This document shows positions 25,606 to 39,073 of a DNA stretch of 64,000 bases, one piece after another. A model generated the notes under the pieces. It was not told the origin of the DNA, ran no database searches, and was given only the letters and a program-made list of their open reading frames with translations. Origin of the DNA: Eledone cirrhosa (Eukaryota); the NCBI GenBank assembly GCA_964016885.1, contig OZ024749.1, positions 7,006,001 through 7,070,000 on the forward strand. The letters run 5' to 3'. The translations under genes were made by a program, and so were the position numbers. Every line of letters starts with the position of its first letter. Position 1 is the first letter of the stretch.

Positions 25606-25918
25606 TTTTACTGGAAATGGCAAGCAATGAGGAATTGGTTAAGAAAAACTACTCCAACATAGAAACAATAAGTCGTGTGTATGATTCTGACTTTCAAAGA
25701 TATTCTTGTATTGATATAATAAATAGTGAAATTTAATAAAACTGTCACTTTTCTCCGTAAAAATCTATCTGTTGCTGGAGAGGAGCTTTCAATGCAAATA
25801 ACTAAAAACAATAACACTCTCCTGATGGCCTCTTGCCTGCCCCCTCCTCTTCTCTGTCTCCTTCATTGAGACAATATCAAATAATATAAAATGTTACAGT
25901 TTCTATGGAATAGTGAAA

Positions 25919-26240
25919 GGTGGTGGTGGTGGTGGTGGTGGTAGTGGCGGTGACTGGTTGGTGGTGGTGGTGGTGGTAGTGGCGGTGACTGGTTGGGGGA
26001 GGGTGGGGTGGTGGTGGTGGTAGGGGCGGTGACTGGTTGGGGGAGGGTGGTGGTGGTGGTGGTGGCGGTGACTGGTTGGGAGAGGGTGGCGGTGGTAGTG
26101 GCAGTGACTGGTTGGGGGAGGGTGGTGGTGGTGGTGGTGGTGGTGACTGGTTGGGGGAGGGTGGTGGTGGTAGTGGCAGTGATTGGTTTGGGGAGGGTTG
26201 TGGTGGTGGTGGTGGTGACTGGTTGGGGGAGGGTGGTTGT
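25919..26240. repeat. G-rich minisatellite (ggtggtggt..gcggtgactggttgggggaggg), about 30-42 bp units
   Basis: 'gtgactggttggggga' recurs about 7 times. Confidence 0.9.
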
Positions 26241-26329
26241 GTGGGTTATTGGTGGTTTGTTGGGGAGTTGTGGTGGTTTTGATGATCTGTGGTTTGTTAT
26301 GATGGTTGTGATTATGGGGGTTTGGAAAA

Positions 26330-26450
26330 AAAGAAAGAAGAAGAAGAAGGAGAAGAAGAAGAAGGAGAAGAAGAAGGAGGTAGAGGAGGAGGAGAAAAGA
26401 AGAAGGAGAAGGAGAAGAAGAAGAATAAGAAGAAGGAATAGAAGAAAGGA
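26330..26450. repeat. (GAA/GGA)n purine microsatellite
   Basis: Directly visible. Confidence 0.9.
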
Positions 26451-26604
26451 GTTATATATTTCTATCCAGACAATACAAAGTGGTGTCAGCCATGTGGAGG
26501 CGGGGATAGAAGGGAAAGAATAAATAAATAAAACAAAACAAACTAAGGCAATGAAGATGAAAAGAAGGGAAAGAGGTTAGGAACAAAATATTAACATTTG
26601 AAAA

Positions 26605-26651
<47 letters not shown>

Positions 26652-26726
26652 GTGTGTGTGTATATATATTAATATATATATATATATATATAAACGGAAA
26701 AAATGAAACGAAATTTATATATAAAT

Positions 26727-27064
26727 GGAGGCACATGGCTTAGTGGTTAGAGCATTGGCCTTGCAATCGAAAGGTTGTGAGTTTAATTCTCAGACCGGGT
26801 GATGTGTTGTGTCCTTGAGCAAGACACTTTATTTCACATTGCTCCAGTTTACTCAGCTGTAGAAATGAGATGATAGGGACTGGGGTCTATACATTCTACT
26901 GCAAAGTGGTCGTGGAGGTGCCACGGCAAAAAAGCACCCAGTACTCACTGTAAATGAGGTTGGTGTTAGGAAGGGCATCCAGCTGTAGAAATTGAGCCAG
27001 AATCAGTTCCCGTCCCACCCTTGCAAGTAGGGAAAAGCGGATGTAAAATGATGATGATGATGAT
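26727..27064 (+). mobile_element. full-length tRNA-derived CORE-type SINE with RTE-derived 3' tail
   Basis: A box tggcttagtgg, B-box-like gagtttaattc, CORE-like gtgtccttgagcaagacacttt. The tail 'ggttggtgttaggaagggcatccagctgtagaaa...gatgatgat' is shared with the RTE LINEs in this window. Confidence 0.85.
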
Positions 27065-27289
27065 ATGCAAGAGATGTCAACATGAATGGACCTGTTATTT
27101 TTATCTAAAGACATTTTTTCCAATTCCATCCCGCCCGTCCCCTCAATCTATTTTATTTCTCATTCTTTCTTCTGATGGAAGACTAGCATCCAAAATGTTA
27201 AGACCGCTTTTCCTGCTATATCAAGCGTTAACCTAATATATACCTTCCATATACTGTACCGATTGTGTTTTTATTTCTGTTTACCTTTT

Positions 27290-29694
<2,405 letters not shown>

Positions 29695-29868
29695 GTTATA
29701 CTTTGGGAGGGTCATGTTGCCAATAAGAAACACACGCACCAGTTGCTTTCACTTCAATTTATTATATATTTATAAATTTATAAATTTACAAATCTACAAA
29801 CTTATAAATTATAAATTTCTGGTTGGTTGGTTGGTTCCACAACCAGATAGTTGTTTGTATATATATAT

Positions 29869-29913
29869 AGTCATAGTCCTTTCGTCACACACTCTGTGAC
29901 CTCTTCAGTGACT
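29869..29913 (-). ncRNA. minimal type I hammerhead ribozyme motif (PLE-A terminus)
   Basis: agtca-CTGAAGA-g-gtcaca(gagtg)tgtgac-GAAA-ggac-TA-tgact on the minus strand. Confidence 0.65.
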
Positions 29914-30181
29914 GGGGATTCCTTTCTTCGTTTCTGTGCCTTTTCTTTCTTCTATCCTACGCCATTTTGTTTCTGTGTGTGTGTTGTGTGCTCAGTTTGC
30001 GCATGTGCCACATCCGGGTGTCTGTGTGTGTTTGTGTTCATTTTTCTATTTGTTTATTTATTTATTGTTGGTTGGTTGTTTGTTCTATGTGTGTGTGTGT
30101 TTTCATTTTCATTTTGTCCTGTGTGTGTTTTCAATTGTAAGTTGTTTGTTCTATGTGTGTGTGTGTTTTCATTTTGTCCTT

Positions 30182-31738
30182 AATTGTAAGTTGTGATGTT
30201 GCTGTTCCACTCATATTTTCTATTTAATTTTGGTTTTAATCCTTTTATGCTTACTGCCTCGGTAATTTTGGTTTTAATCCTTTTATGCTTACTGCCTCGG
30301 TAATTTGCCTAAACATTGCGTCTTTTCTGTGCGTGGATTCTATTTTTATTTCTATGCTCTCTAATCTACCCCTGTGTTCTATCTTAGCATGTTGGTAGAG
30401 CACAGATGATTCTTTATTATCTTGGAGGTCTCGCCAGTGTTCATTTATTCGTTCCCCTATACTACGAGCTGTCTCACCTATGTACACTATATTTTTGTTT
30501 CTACATTGTCCTTCAGTACATCTTATGCTATACACTACATTTCTAGTTTTACAGTTAATATGGGGGCTTATTTTACAGGTTATACATTTCTTATCTATAC
30601 ATGAGGGTCTTTGGAACGGGTATGTCTTGCTAATAAGTGTTTTTACGGAGGTACCAGGTCTTTCTACTATCTTAATATTGAGATTATGTTTATTTAGGGC
30701 CCTTCTAAATTTGTAGGCTAGTTCGCCTCTAGGGGTTGTATTGATGAACATTACACTCTGGTATTTATTGCTATCATACCATGAGTTTATTCTATTGGCC
30801 TTGTTCCTAGTTCTTTCTATTCTATTCCAAAATTTGCTCCTATACAAGGGGCAGGTCCCATTTATGTCATTATTTACCATTTTTTCCCATTTGGTTCTGG
30901 CTCCTTTATACACTCTGATTCTATCTCTCTGATTGTAGCCAGAGAACTGCATACGGTGGATGAAGTGTTGTATGTGTCTCTCTAGTTCTTCGGGGTTGCA
31001 CATGCGGGACACATTTCTCATCACCCGTACCAAATCCGCAATCAGTATGTTGATTTTGGTATGGTCCGAAATGGCCAAGTTTCGGTGGATCAAATGTTTA
31101 GAAGTCATGGGTTTGGCATAATGGGAATGGAGGATTTGTTTTTGGTTGTTAATGGTATCTAACCAGAGCTCTGTGTCTAGTACAGGTAATCGATGGTTGG
31201 GGTGTCTACTTGGGTAGTCTATAGTAACTCTAATGCTCTGGTGGATGGAGTTTGCTATTTGCTGGATGCTTTCCATTGTGTTTTTCTCTAGTTCCTGACT
31301 GTTCTTTAGTGGGGGTGTCTTAACTACGATGTTTATATCATCTACGTAGCGGGAGTACATTATCAGGGTTAAGCTGTCTTCTAATTGTTCATTAAGTTTT
31401 TGTTTAAGTCTACTGTCCCACCATACCATGAACAAGTTAGCTATGTCGCCTGCAATGCTAACACCAATGGCTGCTCCTTCCTCTTGGGCATATGTTTTAC
31501 CATTAAATTTGAACATATGTCCCTTAAGGGTTAATTTTATGCTAGCCCCTACCGCATGTGCAATCATTTTCTTCAGTTCATCGTGGTTTTCGGGTGTCCG
31601 TATGGCTCTGGTCCACCCGTTCCATCTATCTGTGTGGGTTTTCTTGGCCATTGAGGTAATGGTAGGTGGTCTGCCTCTTGCTGGTCTTGTAGGGCACAGG
31701 TTGCTAAGGTCATAAGTGTCTAGGTAACTATTACTATT
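30182..31738 (-). pseudogene. PLE-A reverse transcriptase/GIY-YIG endonuclease, 5'-truncated
   Basis: ORF 30251..31822 minus its antisense N-terminus. A 38-bp tandem duplication at about 30226-30301 disrupts the C-terminus, which reads LNRKYEWNSNITTYN in the other copies. Confidence 0.9.
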
Positions 31739-32301
31739 GGTAGAAACAAAAATATAGTGTACATAGGTGAGACAGCTCGTAGTATAGGGGAACGAATAAA
31801 TGAACACTGGCGAGACCTTCAAGATAATAAAGAATCATCTGTGCTCTACCAACATGCTAAGATAGAACACAGGGGTAGATTAGAGAGCATAGAAATAAAA
31901 ATAGAATCCACGCACAGAAAAGACGCAATGTTTAGGCAAATTACAGAGGCAGTAAGCATAAAAGAATTAAAACCAAAATTAAATAGAAAATATGAGTGGA
32001 ACAGCAACATCACAACTTACAATTAAGGACAAAATGAAAACACACATAGAACAAACAACTTACAATTGAAAACACACACAAAATGAAAACACACACAGGA
32101 CAAAATGAAAATGAAAACACACACACATAGAACAACCAACCAACCAACAATAAATAAATAAACAAATAGAAAAATGAACACAAACACACACAGACACCCG
32201 GATGTGGCACATGCGCAAACTGAGCACACAACACACACACAGAAACAAAATGGCATAGGATAGAAGAAAGAAAAGGCACAGAAACGAAGAAAGGAATCCC
32301 C

Positions 32302-32346
32302 AGTCACTGAAGAGGTCACAGAGTGTGTGACGAAAGGACTATGACT
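32302..32346 (+). ncRNA. minimal type I hammerhead ribozyme motif (inverted PLE-A terminus)
   Basis: Identical motif to 29869-29913. Confidence 0.65.
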
Positions 32347-32585
32347 ATATATATATACAAACAACTATCTGGTTGTGGAACCAACCAACCAACCAACCAG
32401 AAATTTATAATTTATAAGTTTGTAGATTTGTAAATTTATAAATTTATAAATATATAATAAATTGAAGTGAAAGCAACTGGTGCGTGTGTTTCTTATTGGC
32501 AACATGACCCTCCCAAAGTATAACAATATCGGTTTCAACACACGATTTCAGATAAAGAATCTTGCTAAACAAATTCAGAAACGAA

Positions 32586-32621
<36 letters not shown>

Positions 32622-32624
<3 letters not shown>

Positions 32625-32760
32625 ATGAAGGAAATGTGGTAAGGAACCAGATGGACCATAACGCACCAAAGTACTCAATACTTAGGGTAGTAGAGTGGGT
32701 AATAGGAACAAGTAGGACCCCGACGGCTGAGCTCAAGCCGTTTCGATGGGTAATTCTCTC
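32622..32760 (-). mobile_element. short retroelement terminus carrying the 3' half of a hammerhead
   Basis: Minus strand: ttacccatc-GAAA-cggct(tgagctc)agccg-TC-ggggtcc. Flanked by (TA)n on both sides. Confidence 0.45.
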
Positions 32761-32806
32761 TATATATATATGTATGTATATATATATGTATATGTATATG
32801 TATATG

Positions 32807-32869
<63 letters not shown>

Positions 32870-32870
32870 G

Positions 32871-32909
<39 letters not shown>

Positions 32910-33029
32910 TGTAATAAAATGAAAACGACCGATTTAACTCACTCGATATGCAAATTAGGCTGCTCAGCCATTAATTTTCATAAGGAAAGTATATACTTTC
33001 GAACGTTCAACTATCTGGCAGATGGGTAT

Positions 33030-33072
33030 ACGGTGCTGATGATAGCTAACAAGCTTGAAACTAGTACATCGT
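33030..33072 (+). ncRNA. orphan minimal type I hammerhead ribozyme motif
   Basis: acggtg-CTGATGA-t-agct(aaca)agct-t-GAAA-ctag-TA-catcgt. Stem I has 6 bp with one GU pair; stem III is palindromic. Confidence 0.75.
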
Positions 33073-33316
33073 TCCTGTGTCAGTGTTGAACAAAAAAGGT
33101 GACGTGGTTGCCTTAACACCGTGCGGCATAAATTCAGGCTGTTCAGTTTGTTTACAAACGAACAAAGCGGGCGCTAAACTGATGCGTACATATATGTATG
33201 TGTACCTGTATGTATATATATATATATATATATGCATGCTACTATACGTCTGTATACATATATGTATGTACGTATACATACATACTTACATTTATATATA
33301 TATGTATATATATATA

Positions 33317-35291
33317 TTGTTATACTTTGGGAGGGTCATGTTGCCAATAAGAAACACACGCACCAGTTGCTTTCACTTCAATTTATTATATATTTATAAA
33401 TTTATAAATCTACAAACCTATAAATTTCTGGTTGGTTGGTTGGTTCCACAACCAGATAGTTGTTTATATATAGTCATAGTCCTTTCGTCACACACTCTGT
33501 GACCTCTTCAGTGACTGGGGATTCCTTTCTTTCTTTCTGTGCCTTTCCTTTCTTCTATCCTACGCCATTTTGTTTCTGTGTGTGTGTTGTGTGCTCAGTT
33601 TGCACATGCGCCACATCCGGGTGTCTGTGTGTGTTTGTCTTCATTTATCTATTTGTTTATTTATTTATTTATTTATTTATTGTTGGTTGGTTGTTTGTTC
33701 TATGTGTGTGTGTGTTTTCATTTTGTCCTGTGTGTGTTTTCATTTTGTCCTTAATTGTAAGTTGTGATGTTGCTGTTCCACTCATATTTTCTATTTAATT
33801 TTGGTCGTAATTCTTTTATGCTTACTGCCTCTGTAATTTGCCTAAACATTGCATCTTTTCTGTGTGTGGATTCTATTTTTATTTCTATGTTCTCTAATCT
33901 ACCCCTGTGTTCTATCTTAGCATGTTGGTAGAGCACAGATGATTCTTTATTATCTTGAAGGTCTCGGCAGTGTTCATTTATTCGTTCCCCTATACTACGA
34001 GCTGTCTCACCTATGTACACTATATTTTTGTTTCTACATTGTCCTTTGGTACATCTTATGCTATACACTACATTTCTAGTTTTACAGTTAATATGGGGGC
34101 TTATTTTACAGGTTATACATTTCTTATCTATACATGAGGGTCTTTGGAACGGGTATGTCTTGCTAATAAGTGTTTTTACGGAGGTACCTGGTCTTTCTAC
34201 TATCTTAATATTGAGTTTATGTTTATTTAGGGCCCTTCTCAATTTGTAGGCTAGTTCGCCTCTAGGGGTTGTATTGATGAACATTACACTCTGGTATTTA
34301 TTGCTATCATACCATGAGTTTATTCTATTGGCCTTGTTCCTAGTTCTTTCTATTCTATTCCAAAATTTGCTCCTATACTAGGGGCAGGTCCCATTTATGT
34401 CATTATTTACCATTTTTTCCCATTTGGTTCTGGCTCCTTTATACACTCTGATTCTATCTCTCTGATTGTAGCCAGAGAACTGCATACGGTGGATGAAGTG
34501 TTGTATGTGTCTCTCTAGTTCTTCGGGGTTGCACATGCGGGACACATTTCTCATCACCCGTACCAAATCCGCAATCAGTATGTTGATTTTGGTATGGTCC
34601 GAAATGGCCGAGTTTCGGTGGATCAGATGTTTGGAAGTCATGGGTTTGGCATAATGGGAATGGAGGATTTGTTTTTTTGTTATTAATGGTTTCTAACCAG
34701 AGCTCTGTGTCTAGTACAGGTAATCGATGGTTGGGGTGTCTACTTGGGTAGTCTATAGTAACTCTAATGCTCTGGTGGATGGAGTTTGCTATTTGCTGGA
34801 TGCTTTCCATTGTGTTTTTCTCTAGTTCTTGACTGTTCTTTAGTGGGGGTGTCTTAACTACGATGTTTATATCATCTACGTAGCGGGAGTACATTATCAG
34901 GGTTAAGCTGTCTTCTAATTGTTCTTTACATTTTTGTTTAAAGTCTACTGTCCCACCATACCATGAATAAGTTAGCTATGTTGCCTGCAATGCTAACACC
35001 AATGGCTGCTCCTTCCTCTTGGGCATATGTTTTACCATTAAATTTGAACATATGTTCCTTAAGGGTTAATTTTATGCTGGCCCCTACCGCATGTGCAATC
35101 ATTTTCTTCAGTTCATCGTGGTTTTCGGGTGTCCGTATGGCTCTGGTCCACCCGTTCCATCTATCTGTGTGGGGTTTCTTGGCCATTGAGGTAATGGTAG
35201 GTGGTCTGCCTCTTGCTGGTCTTGTAGGGCACAGGTTGCTAAGGTCATAAGTGTCTAGGTAACTATTACTATGGGTAAGCTTAAGTAGAAG
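33317..35291 (-). mobile_element. Penelope-like element family A, copy 2, 5'-truncated and frameshifted
   Basis: Highly similar to copy 1. ORF fragments 33751..34284, 34378..34641, 34454..34894 and 34938..35186. The 3' end abuts (TA)n. Confidence 0.93.
33472..33516 (-). ncRNA. minimal type I hammerhead ribozyme motif (PLE-A copy 2)
   Basis: Identical motif to 29869-29913. Confidence 0.65.
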
Positions 35292-35474
35292 TCAATTTTT
35301 CTGATTTTATCCAATTTATCCAATATCACTGGAAGTGACAACTGATTATACATTTGCTATCGAATGCTTGCTAACATTATATGATTACGCAAGCAGCGAT
35401 ACATAGGTATTCCGTCTGTTACAGAAACATATGTCAATACCTAATAAATTCCTTTTCAAAAAAAGCACTTTCTG
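35292..35474 (+). mobile_element. 3'-terminal fragment of PLE family B
   Basis: Reverse complement of 35793-35977, with a few differences near its 5' side. Confidence 0.85.
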
Positions 35475-35488
35475 TATATATCTATATG

Positions 35489-35537
<49 letters not shown>

Positions 35538-35601
35538 ATATACATATACATATATACATATACATATATATACATATATACATATACATATATATATATA
35601 C

Positions 35602-35648
<47 letters not shown>

Positions 35649-35792
35649 CATATATATATATACATATATATATATACATATATATACATATATACATATA
35701 CATATATATACATATATACATATACATATATATACATATATACATATACATATATATATATACATATATATATATATACATATATATATATA

Positions 35793-37481
35793 CAGAAAGT
35801 GCTTTTTTTGAAAAGGAATTTATTAGGTATTGACATATGTTTCTATAACAGACGGAATACCTATGTATCGCTGCTTGCGTAATCATATAATGTTAGCAAG
35901 CATTCGATAGCAAATGTATAATCAGTTGTTACTTCTTCAGAGATTTTGGATGAATTGGATAAAATCAGAAAAATTGAAGTATTTATATTAGTAATAGAGG
36001 AAGAGAGGGGATAGTATATGACAGATGGTAATTCAATTTACTGCTAAACAAGTATATAAAGGGTTTCTAATGAGAATACCATGAGTAAATGGTTCATTTT
36101 ATCTAAATAAGAATTTTTGGGAGTGCCAATTTTAATCTCTACTTGACCAATTGGACAGGGCTGGTAATTTGGTGTAGTAGTATTAATTATAAAGTGTCAA
36201 TTGGGGAAGGGGGAGACGCTATTATATCCCATTTTAGGTGAAATTGTTGGTTATTTTCACGCAGCTGCCAAGCTTTGTCTGCGAGTGTTGTTACATAACA
36301 CTGGTTTTCATGTTTTATCGAATAACGATGTCTATAAAGGCGAGATTTGAAGGAGGTGGCTGTAGATCCCACATAGTACCACTTCTGGCTATCCAATTCG
36401 ATAGTACATTTGTATACGATGTTGCGTTCAAGACACTGATTGTTCAACGGACACATTCCTGGTTGGACACAGTTGCAATTATAATTTTGCGTTGTTGTAT
36501 TGTCATGGATGGGTTGATGAGGTTGCTTATGTAGGACAGGATGTTGTTTGTTGTTTTGTGATGTTATAGCTAATGTTTTACGTGTATTGTTATGTGTTGG
36601 AAGGCGTTTATACAACCGTTTTGCGTTAAGCTTTTTTATATGTTGTTCAATATTAGGGGCGGTTGAATATGAAAGTCGAATAGCGTTAGGGTTTAAGATT
36701 TTATTATATTTATGTGATGTTGGAAAGTGTTTTTTAACTAATCGAAAGAATTGTGAGGGTAGATTGGTTTTAATAGAGTTGTTATAGACCGGGTTGTACC
36801 AAATATACTCTTTACATCGCCTTCTGTTTGGTGGTGTGCGACTATTATTGTCTATTGCGGTAGTGTATGTATGGTGGTGATTCTGTGCTATTTCTACTCC
36901 TATGTGATTTATTTTGGGTGTTTTGGTGATCTTTGACTATATACTCTATATTATCTAGGTGACCGGCTTTCCTAAGTGCATCATCATAATACTCGGCATG
37001 TTCTTTGAAGTTTTGTTGATTGGACGACAGGCGGGAGATTCTAAGAGAAACATTTCTAGGGATGGATTTAATTATAGAGGGTGGATGGTTAGAACTCGTA
37101 TTTACATATTTAAGGTTCTCATTTAGTTTATGGAACGGTTTAATCGTATCTGTATTGAGATTCAAAGTAACATCAAGGAAATTGACCTCTTTGAGGTTAT
37201 ATTCAAATGTAATATTTAATCCTAGTTCCTTAAAAAGCTTTCTGATATTTTTACGCATCCTTTCTAAATTCTGGTTATTCATATGCTTAACTAATAGGAG
37301 CGCATCATCACGGTAGATTCCACCGTGAAGATCCTTGAATTTTCCTTGTAGTATGTGGGTGATATAAATTCCCACAAGATGTGTTACTTCCGCCGAATCA
37401 TTAGAACCCATAGTAATATCAAAATTAGAAGGTCTATCTTTGTCAATACCTAATAAATTCCTTTTCAAAAAAAGCACTTTC
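35793..37481 (-). mobile_element. Penelope-like element family B (Naiad-like), 5'-truncated, frameshifted, with 41-bp inverted terminus at 37441-37481
   Basis: FDITMGSNDSAEVTHLVG, GGIYRDDAL, VNFLDVTL, SNHPPSII, IWYNP, CNC..CPL..QC..IVY..YVGSTATSFKSRLYRH (GIY-YIG). Confidence 0.9.
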
Positions 37482-37609
37482 ATTTTATATTCATCTTTTC
37501 TACATTTTCTCCGGAATATAATTTATACTCGTTGAGCAAACCTACACGTACGCTGTTCATCTCTAACGTAACGATATATTATCACTACATTATTGATAAC
37601 CTGAAATTT

Positions 37610-37777
37610 TATATATATATACATATATATATATATATACATATACACATATATATATATATATACATATACACATATATATATATATATACATATACTT
37701 ATACATATACACATATATATATATATATATACATATACTTATACATATACACATATATATATATATATATACATATA

Positions 37778-37811
<34 letters not shown>

Positions 37812-37830
37812 CACATATATACATATACAC

Positions 37831-37864
<34 letters not shown>

Positions 37865-38022
37865 ACATATACATATATATATACATATACATATATATAT
37901 ATATACATATACATATATATATACATACATACATATATATATATACATATATATATACATATATATATATATACATATGTATATATATACATATATATAT
38001 ATATACATATGTATATATATAC

Positions 38023-38053
<31 letters not shown>

Positions 38054-38082
38054 CATATATATATATACATATATATATATAC

Positions 38083-38113
<31 letters not shown>

Positions 38114-38114
38114 C

Positions 38115-38152
<38 letters not shown>

Positions 38153-38164
38153 ATATATATATAC

Positions 38165-38197
<33 letters not shown>

Positions 38198-38205
38198 CAT
38201 ATATA
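37610..38205. repeat. (TA)n/(TACA)n microsatellite
   Basis: Directly visible. Confidence 0.95.
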
Positions 38206-39004
38206 CAAACAGCAATGTTGCATGGCAGTGAGACCTGGGCATTGTGTGCAGAGGATATACGCAGACTAGAGAGGAACGAAGCGTGCATGCTCCACTGGAT
38301 GTGTAATAGTAATATACGTGAACGGCAAAGCATAAACTAACTAAGGGAAAAATTAGAAATAAGAGGGATCAGATGTTGTTTACTCGAGAGAAGGCTACGT
38401 TGGTATGGTCACGTGATGCGCATGAAAGACGACAGCTGTATAAAAAAGTGCAGGGCAATAAAAATAGACGTTAGTCATGAAGTAGGTAGACCCAGAAAAA
38501 CCTGGGACGACCTGATAAATTCCATCTCACACACTTACACCTCTCCAAGACAATGTCACTGGACCGAGATCTTTGGCGCTACACAGTAATAGAGAAGACC
38601 CGCCTTACCTAAATACAAAGTGAAACCTACTACAGTCAGTAGGCACCTCTAACAAAATATACCCCCGTCCCACTACCCCCACCCCATCCACACCACCCCT
38701 TTCAATGTAATGTTATGTTGATACCACAACATCCAGGCCGAAACAAATGAGGTCGTGTAGGTGTCATGACAAAAAAACACACAGTCCACGCTGTAATGTG
38801 GCCGTGTAGGTAACACAGTAAAAACCTCCCAGTTCCACACTGTAAATGTGGTTGGTGTTAGGAAGGGCATCCAACTGTAGAAAACCCGCCAGACAGTCCT
38901 ATGCGAGCAAGACAACCACTCTTGCCTCAAGTGGGAAAACTCCCGTCCAAACCCATGCAAGCGTAGAATATGGAGGTTAAACGATGATGATGATGATGAT
39001 GATG
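38203..39004 (+). mobile_element. 5'-truncated RTE LINE (3' end)
   Basis: [12 protein letters not shown]...[11 protein letters not shown]...GRPRKTW. The 3'UTR and (GAT)n tail match 56778-59520. Confidence 0.9.
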
Positions 39005-39036
39005 ATATATATACATATATATATACATATATATAC

Positions 39037-39068
<32 letters not shown>

Positions 39069-39073
39069 ATATA

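Larger units (their letters stand above)
29695..32524 (-). mobile_element. Penelope-like element family A, copy 1: 5'-truncated RT + GIY-YIG (29695-~31738) plus inverted 3' segment (~31740-32524, +)
   Basis: RT motifs GAAIGVSIAGDIANLFM, YSRYVDD, DYPSRHPNHRLPVLD. GIY-YIG NVVYSIRC...YIGETARSIGERINEH. About 785 bp inverted terminal copy. Confidence 0.93.

Noticed and set aside
24861-25627. Mucin-like (PT-rich), NT-rich or poly-LV ORFs
   Set aside because: Simple trinucleotide-based repeat that is open in several frames, with no flanking coding context.
26727-26800. Functional tRNA gene
   Set aside because: The tRNA-like head continues into CORE and LINE-tail sequence and occurs in diverged dispersed copies, i.e. 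a SINE.
31740-31822. N-terminus (MKVSPVFIYSF...) of the 523-aa PLE ORF
   Set aside because: It is the antisense reading of the inverted GIY-YIG segment, not a real start.
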